A stretch of DNA of 64,000 nt from Octopus sinensis. Taxonomy: Eukaryota. The notes below the pieces were generated by a model. That model saw nothing but the letters and a program-made list of their open reading frames with translations. It did not search any database and was not told the DNA's origin. Of this stretch, positions 12,693 to 23,684 are shown one piece after another (the stretch's first letter is position 1; the number at the start of each line of letters is the position of its first letter). A program made the translations under genes and the position numbers. The stretch is taken from contig NW_021833018.1 in NCBI RefSeq assembly GCF_006345805.1, positions 62,001 through 126,000 on the forward strand. Reading direction: 5' to 3'.

Positions 12693-13455
12693 AGAAGTAA
12701 ATAAAATTGAATATGAATGTCGAAAAAGATATTTCACTGTCAAGAATTAGATTATCAGAAAAGTCATTCGAAATTGTGAAGTTTGCAAATTTTCGCGTCT
12801 TTTAAAACTTCAAAAAATATGTTTAATTGTAAATTGGGGATATAAATCACCATCCGTTCGCTTCTTGTCCAAATAAACGTTTTCAAATAGACATAATAGA
12901 TCTGAAAAGATTTTCAACATTAATTTAACATTTTTATCATGTAATTCGATTTTGAATCTAAATCTAAATTATTCCCAGTCAGACAATTTGTTTCCAACTG
13001 CGAAGAGATTTAATTTCGAAATCAACCCAATTGATGAAAATTCAAGTTATTACAAAGCTATGAACAGGAGAATGAATGTTCATAATAGTAAGTATACTTT
13101 TAGCGTGGGAGATAAAGTAAGAATTAAAAACATTAATAAATATGTACGGGTTAAAAAGGACTTTGGAACAAATCCTTCATTGCGACTGGATAAGTTTGAG
13201 TCTCCGTATTCTTCCGCTGCAGAAATAATTAATATTTTATCGAATAATCGCGTTGAGATAGTTTTAAATATTTTAATTTAATAGATAAAAAATTCGAAAG
13301 GAGAAATATCGACAGTACTAATGACCAGACTAAAAAAATAGTTACCAAAATTTTACTCTTTGTGGTTTTATTAAAAAATAAAATTAATTGAAGTTAATCT
13401 TAATTCAAGGTCCGTGTAACAGGCTGCCCATAGGTATAGCGTAACCCATGTGACA
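12693..13455 (+). mobile_element. Second, internally deleted Ginger segment carrying the right TIR
   Basis: 12693-12922 is a diverged copy of ~6475-6705 and 12968-13034 of ~8796-8862; followed by the C-terminal FSVGDKVRIK..F..PY region and the TIR. Confidence 0.85.
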
Positions 13456-13456
13456 T

Positions 13457-13845
13457 AATATGGGTTGGGGTAATGTATCTACTGAAATTATTCAAAATTG
13501 TTTTAAGATTTTAAATAAATCTAGTCACAAAAATCCATTAATTGAACATTATGACATCGAAATTGAAAGAACTGATATTTTCGATCCTTTAATGAGTGAA
13601 GATTTTTTAAACATCGAATGCACAGAAAATAAAGATATCAAGACGAAAATTGTTTACAAGAGGATAAAGAGTCTGAAAGTAGCGACGAAGAGACAAAAAT
13701 CATATATCCACTTGATAGAAAAGATATTGCAAGATGATTAACTGAATTAGAAAGGGAACTTTACTGTAATGCAGAAAACGAGAATGATGTTTTGCTCATT
13801 ACTGCAATAAAAAATTACAAAGCAAAGTTAAAAAGAACTGTATAA
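13457..13845 (+). mobile_element. pogo/Tigger transposase 3' part
   Basis: MGWGNVSTEIIQNCF continues the ORF cut at 3823. Confidence 0.8.
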
Positions 13846-14229
13846 TTTTTTATTCCATATAAGTCTTCTTTTAGATCCAATTTTTTCAAATAATTGTATG
13901 CTTTATTTATAGTAAAATTGATTTATTCGAAATCATCAAGCAAATGTAATAAAAGTGAATATTGTGATATTCTTGTCGTTAGATCTCCATGAAGTTGTTC
14001 ATTTAATTAACATTTTTTGCTCTTTAAATAAGCAAAGACAGTTGGGGAAAACTCGCTAGAATTAAAAATTATTCTATGGGTAAATAAATACATAATGTGA
14101 TGTTTTTTGTATTTTGTACAATAGAGTAAAGGCAAATACCTAGGCTTATTATGATGGATTTTGAATTTGTTATTGGTCAAAAAGGCGGAAAACTTTTATT
14201 TTCCCGGGTTTGTTCAAACAATCTCAGAA

Positions 14230-14400
14230 ATCATGTGTAACAACAATCGTGGAATCTTTTTTGAAAAGACCTATGAAACAATGATCGAAACCGCCGCGCC
14301 ACTTTTATCATCGGATTTTCAACTTGATGTTTTGGAACATTTTGATTTTTGGATCATTGACGGAACTTTTAAATGTGTTCCAATTAAATTTAAACGTCCA
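14230..14400 (+). mobile_element. MULE/Mutator transposase fragment
   Basis: WIIDGTFKCVP motif. Confidence 0.65.
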
Positions 14401-15172
14401 GGGAAATTATTTAGAACAAGTAATTCTGGTGAGTTGTGGCCCTATTGGATTTGTCCAATTCGAGAACAACCGGCTTACAGGCGAGTTGTCATACATCCAT
14501 TGTGATATTATTGTCGTTAGATCTTCATAAAACTGTTCATTAAATAAACATTTTTTTGCTCTTTTAATAACGAAAAAATCCCTTTCTAAGGAAAGTGCAT
14601 ACTTGAATAAAATTTGGCAGTTTTGTAACTAAGAAACAGCTTTAAACCAATTCCCTAATCTCGCAATTATTGGTTCTGGTGGGTATCCAATTTGTTTAAA
14701 GAATTTTTTTCGATAATTGTTCTTTACCCCTATTATACTTATTTTAATTTACTCTTATAACGTAAATTGTGTTTTATGTAAAAATCGTCCACACATGCAC
14801 TCTTCCGGACCCTTCTATTATGGAAATTAAATATACTACGCTCTGCCTACCGACATGCTCAGACAACTTAGTTTTGACTGGAATCTTAAACTAATACAAC
14901 TCTGGGTCACTCAATTATGACGTCTTATTTCGAAAAGCTTATTTTTATACCCACTAATTTCCTATATGATATTCAATTCCGTGTAAATAACTTTTTATTG
15001 AGCATCACAATTCACTAAATAATAGCATATTGCCTCTAGTATAGCTATCGAAGTTCTTAATGAGACGCCGGTAAACCCCACCTTAAAAATGATGTCTCCA
15101 ATTTATTTGATCAGATTAAATTTGTATCATAAAGTCAAATTATTGGGAAAAAATCGACTTATAAAAAAGAAA

Positions 15173-15599
15173 TTAATCATCCTTCGAATCAATTGCATCC
15201 TGAACCTTATTCAAAAAGTGAAAAACCTTAAGACGTTCTTCTAATAAGGAAAACTCGGAATTCAAATCGGAAATTGCATTTTTGAGTGCGTCCAAAGGAG
15301 TGTACTCAGAACATGATGTCTGTACTCGAATTATGGTTTCGTAGACAAATGGATGGGGAACTTTATACCCAGCAAAAATTACATTCTTGTCCTTACGAAG
15401 TTGCCTGTTTAAATTAGAAGCTACAAACACTGCTAATAAGTTTCCTAGAGTATGGTCTTCTTTTAGTATTTTGAATATTGCAGCATTTCTTACTTTAGCT
15501 TCAGGTTCCATTGTGATCCTATAACATTTAAATCAGATTTAAAAACTTCTTTTCGCCGTCAAAAAGTAGAAATGATTCAAAAGATGGCGGGGCATTCAT
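15173..15599 (-). CDS. POLR2J: RNA polymerase II subunit RPB11
   Basis: MNAPPSFESFLLFDGEKK|ITME..EDHTLGNLL..VIFAGYKVPHP; introns of 28, 24 and 27 nt. Confidence 0.96.
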
Positions 15600-15729
15600 T
15601 TATAATATCAAATAATATACCAACAAAAGACTAAATATTATTTAAAATTTTTATAATAATGTTTACTGTTATTTTAAAGTGTTATGAAAACTATAAATTG
15701 AAATCTGCTTATTTAGAGGCACCCTCTAT

Positions 15730-16901
15730 AATTATTATTGAAGCAATCTCGCGGAATCAAAAAGTTAATTAAGATTCCACTTTTGCCATCCGACTCAGGA
15801 TACGCTCTGTTAGTCGTATCCACGCTCCCCTGTTACGTGCGAGGTATCTCAGTTCGTCCAGATCATCGGCCGATTTCAGTTTCCTTCCAATCGACGTGAG
15901 ATCATGGTCGAGCATAGTCGGTAACATTGATATTTAGTCGTCCTTTGTAAAAGGCTGCACTTTTGTTTGCTGATTCTTGGTCATTGATTATGGTCTTTCC
16001 CGCATCATCGAAGATTACAATTCTCTCCGGTTTGGTATTCTGGGATAGTTTCTTAGCTGCAGCGAACAATTTTGCTCCATTTTTGTATCTGTCGATGTCC
16101 TTTGCCAGGTTATCTAATGTAAGCCTAGCTAGCTCTTTGACCCTTTTCTTTATTCTGTATTTAATTTCGTTGCGTTTTCTTTTAAGAGAATCAACGAGGC
16201 CGGTCAAGTTTGACGATTCAATTAGGAGACGGAGTTTCCTTTGTTCTTTTGCAAGTTTGTCTATTTTTTTGTCAAAAGTCCCCTTGAATCCTCTTGGACG
16301 ATTTCCCAGTACCGTCTGTGCGGCCTTCTTAACTCTGATCAAAATATGCTTTCATAGTAGTCGGGAGGCGCATTCGAGTCGATATGTCCAACAGTTTGAG
16401 TATTTCTCGCCATACTTTATACAGTATGGTCTGGAACACATAGGGTCTCCACGGCAAAGTTCCTGCCCTGTGTGCGAGCTGCAAGTACTCCAGAGATTCC
16501 AAAGCGTCGCTTAGAATGAGGCGTGCCACCAGTAGTCGTGATCACTCGAGGTAATCATGCCATTGTACGTACGGGAGTCCGTGAGTAACGCCTTCTGTGT
16601 TTGTCTGCATAGTATGTAGTCGATTAGGTTAAATATGTGAACAAGATTTCCATAGCAGTCTCTCCTCTGGCCTGTCCACGTCGTAATATGTCGAGCTGAA
16701 TGTCGGAATGCCGTGTTACAGAGGAACAGACCGAATGATTCACAGAAGTGTATGAGTGCCTCCCCAGACAGATTTCTGAACCCTCGAGCGTGTCTTCTCA
16801 GGCAATTCGATTCTTCAAGCTTTTTTCCCACTTTGGCATTCCAATCCCCAGCTATAAAGAGCATGTAGGAGCTGGACAGTGATGAATAAGCCGATGATAG
16901 G
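15730..16901 (-). mobile_element. RTE-like LINE derivative lacking the RT domain
   Basis: APE motifs GDWNAKVG, IDYIL, SDH; RTE-type C-terminus LARNRGAWIRL; (AAT)n tail; 14-bp TSD GAGGCACCCTCTAT at 15716-15729 and 16902-16915. Confidence 0.88.
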
Positions 16902-17035
16902 GAGGCACCCTCTATTAAATTTATTTAAATTATTTTGTATTAGTTATAAATTAATTTAAAAATAAATATCGTGATAAACTGTTTCTACTGTTGTTTTTTT
17001 GTCTTTTTATTCTCTTAGAAATAATTCTGAATAAA

Positions 17036-17512
17036 ATGCCAGTTCCTCAATCTTTAGTGATACAAGAGCAGATAAGCTCAAAATCGAACCAAATTGACCG
17101 AGAAAAGGTAATTAAAGTGTATTTATACTATCAGACATGTCCTTCTCTCTTACGAGTTTTTTGCAACATTGCCAGTCACCACCAACTATGTGATTTTGAA
17201 AAAGGAAATCTCCCTTCGAGTGAATATAGAATTTACACGTGGAAAGATGCTAACCTCAAGGAATTGACGTCCCTACTTCGGAAGGTCAAACCTGAAGTAC
17301 GAAGAAGGGACACGGTCATCAACTTTATGGAGGTTTATCCAGACACTAGAAGTCCCCGATTTCAAAGTAGAGACATTGGGACTGTCATTGTTGGGGAGAA
17401 TACTGACGACGACAACGTTACTCTCGATTCCAGAGGATTTCGGATTGGGAATTATATTGACGTTTCTATTACTCCCCCTGGTCATGTTCCTCCAAGAAGA
17501 AGAAGGTTTTGA
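17036..17512 (+). CDS. SAP18: Histone deacetylase complex subunit SAP18 (Sin3/ASAP)
   Basis: IDREK|TCPSLLRVF..IYTWKDANLKELTSL..FRIGNYIDVSITPP; 27-nt intron at 17108-17134. Confidence 0.96.
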   Translation: MPVPQSLVIQEQISSKSNQIDREKVIKVYLYYQTCPSLLRVFCNIASHHQLCDFEKGNLPSSEYRIYTWKDANLKELTSLLRKVKPEVRRRDTVINFMEVYPDTRSPRFQSRDIGTVIVGENTDDDNVTLDSRGFRIGNYIDVSITPPGHVPPRRRRF

Positions 17513-18404
17513 TTTGTCTTCTTTTTTCCTTTAATTCCATGATTTGTTTTTCTCTGTCTTTTTATACATGTTAAACGGACAATTTAGTAGTTATTTACAG
17601 AAATTAACTTATTCTTAAGTCTTAAACTGTAAAATCGCTGATGACTAGGGGCTGTTCTAACCATTTAGCTAAGGTATTCTGATACCCCTTTGTACGTGGA
17701 GTAGGAAGATTCTGTTTGTTAATCTCACTTATTGTTTAAGCCTATATCATAGTCTTTTGTGAATCACAACATATGTTGAAGCCGTTGCAGATTTTTGTTT
17801 GTTCTCTGATAGGCTTCCGATGTCAGCGAGACAGTGCCTGCCATAAAAAATTAAAATTGGAAAAATTGGAATTTTTATTAGAATTTTTTTGTTTGTAACT
17901 TGAACTATTATTCACCGGATTGCAAAAATACCTTATTTATCGATTTAAGTATAATACATATTTGTATTTCAAATCAAACGTTCCTAATTTATTTGACAAA
18001 AAATTGAATTTTTTAATTTTAAGTAACAAGGCCAAAAATGACATGAAAAAGACCATTCATTTTCCTTGTAGATGTTTAAATTTCTTTTTTTTATTTAAAA
18101 AGACGAGATTTTGTAAAAACGTTTTAGGTATAGATTCTAGTAAACATCGTATTTTCGATTAATTAATTGATCATTTGAATTGCATTAATATTGAAGTATT
18201 TGTACATAAAAAATCAAAAATCTACTGCATTCTAGTGCAGGGCATTCCCCAAGATCAATGACTTTTGAGAAAATTAGAATTAAGCTAAGAACCTTATTGA
18301 GGAAATTTAAAATTCTCAGCTTTTCCTCAAAAGATAACCAAGTACACTTCCACATGGTTAATAAATGTGTAAATTATGCCAATTTTGTTTTACTCAAAAA
18401 AATC

Positions 18405-18520
18405 ATTATTATTGTGTAACCTGGCGGATTGTCAAACTGTTTCCCCGGATAATGGCGATCGAGAACCGTTGCAATAGCCAGTCCACCTCCCGAGGATCGT
18501 GAGTGCGCATTGAGATTTTA
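18405..18520 (-). mobile_element. Short CRE-like 3' end
   Basis: RTHDPREVDWLLQRFSIAIIRGNSLTIRQ followed by (TAA)n. Confidence 0.85.
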
Positions 18521-19112
18521 TCTCCGAGATTTTTATTTTAAAGCGATATTGGAAAAACAAAAGTTAATCTTTAAAAAAATTGTGGCCTAAACAACAAAGA
18601 AAAACCAATTTAAAATATATTTAGTCAACCAAAACATTTAAAAACCACTTCAACTTTTTTTCTTAATTATTATAGAACTATTTGTCTCAGATTTGATTTA
18701 TAAAACTTTTTCTAAAAATTTTAGTTGACAATATATTCATACTCGATATTCCTTTGTTTGTTCTGAAAAACTTTATTTTCATTCCAAAACCACGTTTCTC
18801 AATTTTCAATCGTTTGTTTGTTGTTAAATTTTATTGTTTTTACTCTCTGCTTATTTTAAACAGTTTATTTTAAACAATGTTTGTCTGATGAAAAACAGCT
18901 AACGGAGAAAATATTAGGAGTGTTGTCCTTGATTTAGAGTTTTTAGATTTATATATTCTATTCTTGATGTTTAAATTAATTAATTTAATTAAAAATTGAA
19001 TAATTAATTAATTTTCGTTCTAAATATATTTAGAGCCTTCAATACTTGCTAGTTGAGGTGTATTTAATGAAAAATTAAAAATATACAAAAACTACACAAA
19101 ATCCAGAAATAA

Positions 19113-21100
19113 ATGTCATCAAATACTCTTAAAAAATGCTTTGTATGCGGTAAAGATATTTGTGATAAATGGACATACGATCAAATAAACCAACATCTTA
19201 ACAGATGTCTTGACACATCAGAACAATGTCGTTCAGAAGAAGATAATTCACAATTGACTTGCCCAATCTGCAAAAAAGTATTTAAAACGTCACGAGTTGT
19301 TTTTAAAAATCAATTTATAAGGGGAAAACGACTCACTTCAAAAAATGTGCCATGAAATATAATGTTTCTCCCCTTGCTGCTGGCAAACTGATTGAAAATC
19401 AAAAAGAACTTAAAAAACCAATTAAAAAACAGTATTTAATTCATTAACGTCACAGTTTAATATCAAAGTACTTCCCTAAAAATACTTCGCCTTTCCTGAC
19501 AGAACCAAAAAAGTATTATTTGTATTATTTTTTAATCAGTGTTGAAAATGAACATTTGCAACTTGCCAAAGCACTTTCACTGTCCATGGCGCCCAAGAAA
19601 GGCGGAAGGACAGACAAGCCAACTGAGAAATTACCATTTTATTTGTTAGAAGATCATGAAAAGGTAACTGACCGAATTAGACGCCGCATTTCTCGAATTT
19701 TAACGGTTAATATATTTTTATCATTTTTTAAGAATAATGAAGTAAGTGGCGAGGTTCGTGAATTTAGGAGTGATCCGCCAAGGGCATGGATTGGTGGAAT
19801 TAATTATAGTTGTGGTCAATGGCATGTCAGGAACGCCCAATCGAGGAGATTAGAGTAAATATGGACTCACCCTTCAATGGTAAAGTCCTCTGTTCTGATT
19901 CACTCGAAATTTCACAACAAAATACAACTCATTATGAACACTTACACCCAATTACCACTGGTGGGATGTCTATTTGTTAGAGGCATATTTAGTGCTGGAA
20001 TCACAAATTGCAGACAGTCATATTTCCTCTGATTTGAATTCGCCTTTGTTGTGCCATTCTCAGAATGTTTATTCCGAGGATGCTGATGGTGATCATTTTT
20101 GTATTAAAAACGATAGACGCTGGGTCAGATGTCGAGGAATGTGTTGTTACTACTAGTATCTCTTTAAATAATAAGGACGAGGATGTCCAATCACCGTGGA
20201 TGGGGTGTGAGGATTATAATCTGTCAAAATGTGGCCCCATAATTAAACCATCCCCATCACCTCAACCTGATATGTCTGTGGAAGCATTGTGGATGGGATG
20301 TGATGAGGAAAATGGATTTAACTTTTCATTTGATGTGCCTAAAAGACCTTTGACTTCGTCTCCCGTCATTTCAACAATCAAAAAAAGAGTAAAATTGAAT
20401 ATTCCCGCCAATGAATGTCTGACTCCTCCGCCGACGAAGAGTCTATTGCCATCGGAAATATCCCCGTTCACTCCTCTTCCCAACTACTCGGTGATGAAGA
20501 CTCCTGAAATCACGGTTTATTGATTATGTAGATTGATTAGGCATGTGCTAAACAATTTGGATTGCGTAAAATGAGTAAAAACCGGATGGTGACTGTGTTG
20601 AAGGATATTTACAGACAGACCCATCTCTGTTGGATGTTTTGTTTGCATTGCATAGATCGACTTGGGGATGGAGCAGAGATTTCTGCGTTAGATATTCACA
20701 CCGTCCTTAATAAATGTGGTAAAAGACAATCTGTGGTGGAAGAATCTCTTTATAGTAATGAACCCTTGGAAGACGATGACAGGCTTGGTAATTTACAACA
20801 AGAAATTCGTTCATTCATCATATCCAATGACGAACTTTACCTTAAGATTTTGCGTTATGAAGTGAGGAGTTTTTTATATTGTTAGCCTTTAGATATTAAT
20901 GACTTTAAGAACATGATTCTTTCTGCCTCAAACCCTATCAAATGCAGTGTTCGTAGTTTAATGAATTGTCTTGACAGTCTGGTTATTTATATTAATGATG
21001 TTTATAGGGGGTTATTTTTACATTAAAATCAATGAGACAAGGAAAATCTAAATTTTTTAATGTTGGATCTAGGCGGGGCCGTTTTAAGAAAAAGAGGTGA
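19113..21100 (+). CDS. SLX4: Structure-specific endonuclease scaffold SLX4, compact form (~560 aa, 11 micro-introns)
   Basis: Two UBZ4 fingers (CFVC..HLNRCLD; CPIC..HFKKC), MLR-like LQLAKALSLS..LWSMA, SAP domain TPLPNYSVMKTPE..FGLRK, SLX1-binding domain LYLKILRYEPL..CLDSLGVIF. Confidence 0.9.
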
Positions 21101-22342
21101 TCAATATGCTTCAGTGTTTTTTTAAATATTGTGTATCAAGATATTATGATTTTAAATTATAAATTTTTGTATTCTTTTTTACTGTACTGTAACATTCTCG
21201 TAAGTCCTCAGATAAAAGTGCTAGGAAGGGTGTAGAGGAATTTAGACAATTAATATAGTTAGTTGCAGACACGCGGAGACTGAGTATTGATTTCCATAGT
21301 ATGTCTTACATTTTGAGACGAATCTTTAATTTGAAATTGTAGGAACATGTGAAGGAGGTCGAACTAGTTAATATAGTCGACAATCGTGGGGGACGGTTTT
21401 CCTGAATAAATCAGGTCGATTGGTTTTACACAAGTGGAGAACTCGGATATCAAGTTTCTGATTTTCTTAATGTCTTACATTTTGAGACGACGTATCACGA
21501 ATCCTTAGTGGGAGATTATAGAAAGGGTTCAGAGGAATTCTAATAAGTTAATAAAGTCGACAATCACCGGAGGAGATCAACATGTTAGAAGCACCAAATG
21601 AGCTCGCTCTTTTTTAAACGACCTCTAATGGCATCCGTCCCTACGTGGATGAAAATTAACAAGTTAGAAGCACCAAATGAGCTCGTTTTTTTCAAATGAC
21701 TTCTTTATACGGCCTGAACTCAACGTTATCATCTATACCCCGATTTGTGCACACAATAAAGTCATTCCCCACCTCTTATAGTGTCGATCCTCGCATGGGA
21801 GAATGTCAATCTGTTAAAGCACCAAATGAGCTTGTTTTTTAAATGACTTATTTCGACGTCTTAACTCAACGGTGTCAATAAACCTGAACTGAGCAGGGAA
21901 AATACCTTCCTTGATGAGAAGAGGCATTCTGAGGGAGAATATGCGGGATAGTCCGTCAAAATACAAAACAAACGTGTCAACCCATTCCAAATGAGCAATG
22001 GCGTTGAGGACAGTCTTCCAAATCATGGTCCGTATGTCGAAGAGGCCTTTGAGGGGTGTAGCCCACTGGGACTCCTCGATGGACTTGTTACTACCAGTAA
22101 TAGCCGAATAGAGTGAGTTGACGGCAGACCGATGGAGGGAGTATCTCTCATCCATGTAGCAGACTGACAGATTGGCAAATTTGTGATAGAACATATCCGG
22201 GTGCGTGTGCCTGGAACACATCTGGTCGCACATTCTCCACTACCAGTAATCCAATGCAAGACAAACTCGTTTTCAAGTCAACCTCCCATGACGAAAACTG
22301 GACGATCAGATCAGTGAGAATGTGAACATTTTCCACACACCT

Positions 22343-23330
22343 TTATTTATTTAACCCCATTCCTCCTGAAATTGGGAGGAATGCGGCACGAAGAAAACTG
22401 ACAGACTTCTTAGGGTCACACCATAAGTTTGAGAGGGAGTTAATCTTATATGATCTTCTTTATAGCAGTGAGGTTTTTGCATTCCAGGACGACGTGCGTT
22501 ACTGTATGTCGTCCGTCATGGCAGATTGGACAGGACGATTGACGTCCTTATCAAGTTTGTTTTGATAGTTGATGAGTAAAGGATGATGCCCACAGCGAAA
22601 TCTTGCAAGTTCGACCCGATCTTTGCGGCTGAGATCCTTTTCAGCTGTGTTTATTTTTAAGGAGATTGTTGAGGATATTGTTTGCGGTTAGTGCGTTCAA
22701 AAAGGATTTTGTTATTAGTTCTTTTATTTCTAATGGTTTTTTGCTAGATGAGTTTAGAATAATGCAGTAGTAGAGTGCTGGTGTGTTTTTGATGTTCCTG
22801 TCAGGGGTTGGAGTTGTCGTGAGATTGTGACTTGAATGGTTTTTGATTATACTCGCTGAGGCAAAGAATTGGGTTTCATGGATGTCGAAATAGTCTGCAA
22901 GTTTGATCATGTTGGTTTCCTGCTGGATATGGTCGGTTGGAGTAGACTTCATTCAACCCGTAATGATTTTGAGCGCCCATGATGGACTTGCAAAGTCTAA
23001 TGTTGGAAGAATGTATTGTTTGTATAGGAGTATTAGGCATTCCTTGTTTTGTCCCAAGTCTGTTCCAGTGAGTGAGCGAAGGGCATTCATTTTGCATTTG
23101 TGAATCAGGTTTTCAATGTTTTGGCGAAATGATAAGGAGGTATTGTACGCTATCCCTAAATTTTAACTAATATTTGTACTGATGATTTTGTTTATTATTG
23201 GGAGTCGTGGAATGGAATCAAAAGCTTTGCTTAGATCTAGAGTAATTAATATTGTCCGAAGCGGAGGATTTTTTTGTTGAATCCGTTTGATATTGTTTTT
23301 GTCATATTTGTGCGTAGAGTTGTCGTTGAA
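22343..23330 (-). mobile_element. 5'-truncated, internally deleted LINE
   Basis: LDLSKAFDSI, KILGIAY, LARFRCGHH..CPIC..H..C knuckle; (TAAA)n tail at ~22343-22353. Confidence 0.88.
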
Positions 23331-23684
23331 TGATACCAGGATATCATAAACAGATTAAAGGACTTGACAATGTCCTCCAAAATAAGAAAAATAAGCAGAC
23401 GTCCCCAACGTGTTCAGAAAGAAGGTCAGTTTGGCCACCATGTCCTTCACCTGGTCATAGATCAGATTTAGCAAATGTGCACCAGTAACCGAGGGTGCCT
23501 CCCCCATATTGAGACTAGACGATTAGGAGTGTCACTCACCAGTGCACTGAGCATCGTCCGTGTAGACCAGTTTAATGAGTGAAGAGAACACGTTTCCGAC
23601 ACGGCACCTCAGTTGATCATAAAATTCCGCAATTCCGTGATTTTGACTCCATAAAACGGATTCACTTCAGCAGAGAGCAGAATA

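Larger units (their letters stand above)
3825..13455 (+). mobile_element. Ginger-like (rve integrase) DNA transposon or composite bounded by imperfect TIRs
   Basis: Left end TGTCACATGGG..CATGGGCGGCCTGTTACA..GACCTTGAA matches the reverse complement of the right end, TGTCACATGGG..TATGGGCAGCCTGTTACA..GACCTTGAA. A short AAT(A) duplication flanks it, and it interrupts a pogo ORF. Confidence 0.75.

Noticed and set aside
13960-14575. ~70-bp diverged direct repeat at ~13960 and ~14500 flanking a MULE fragment
   Set aside because: No LTR termini or TSD; most simply TE debris or a local duplication.
18410-18530. GC-rich patch with ACCTGGC and TTGCA resembling U1 snRNA motifs
   Set aside because: Motif spacing does not fit U1, and the minus strand translates to a CRE C-terminus (DPREVDWLLQRFSIAIIRGN).
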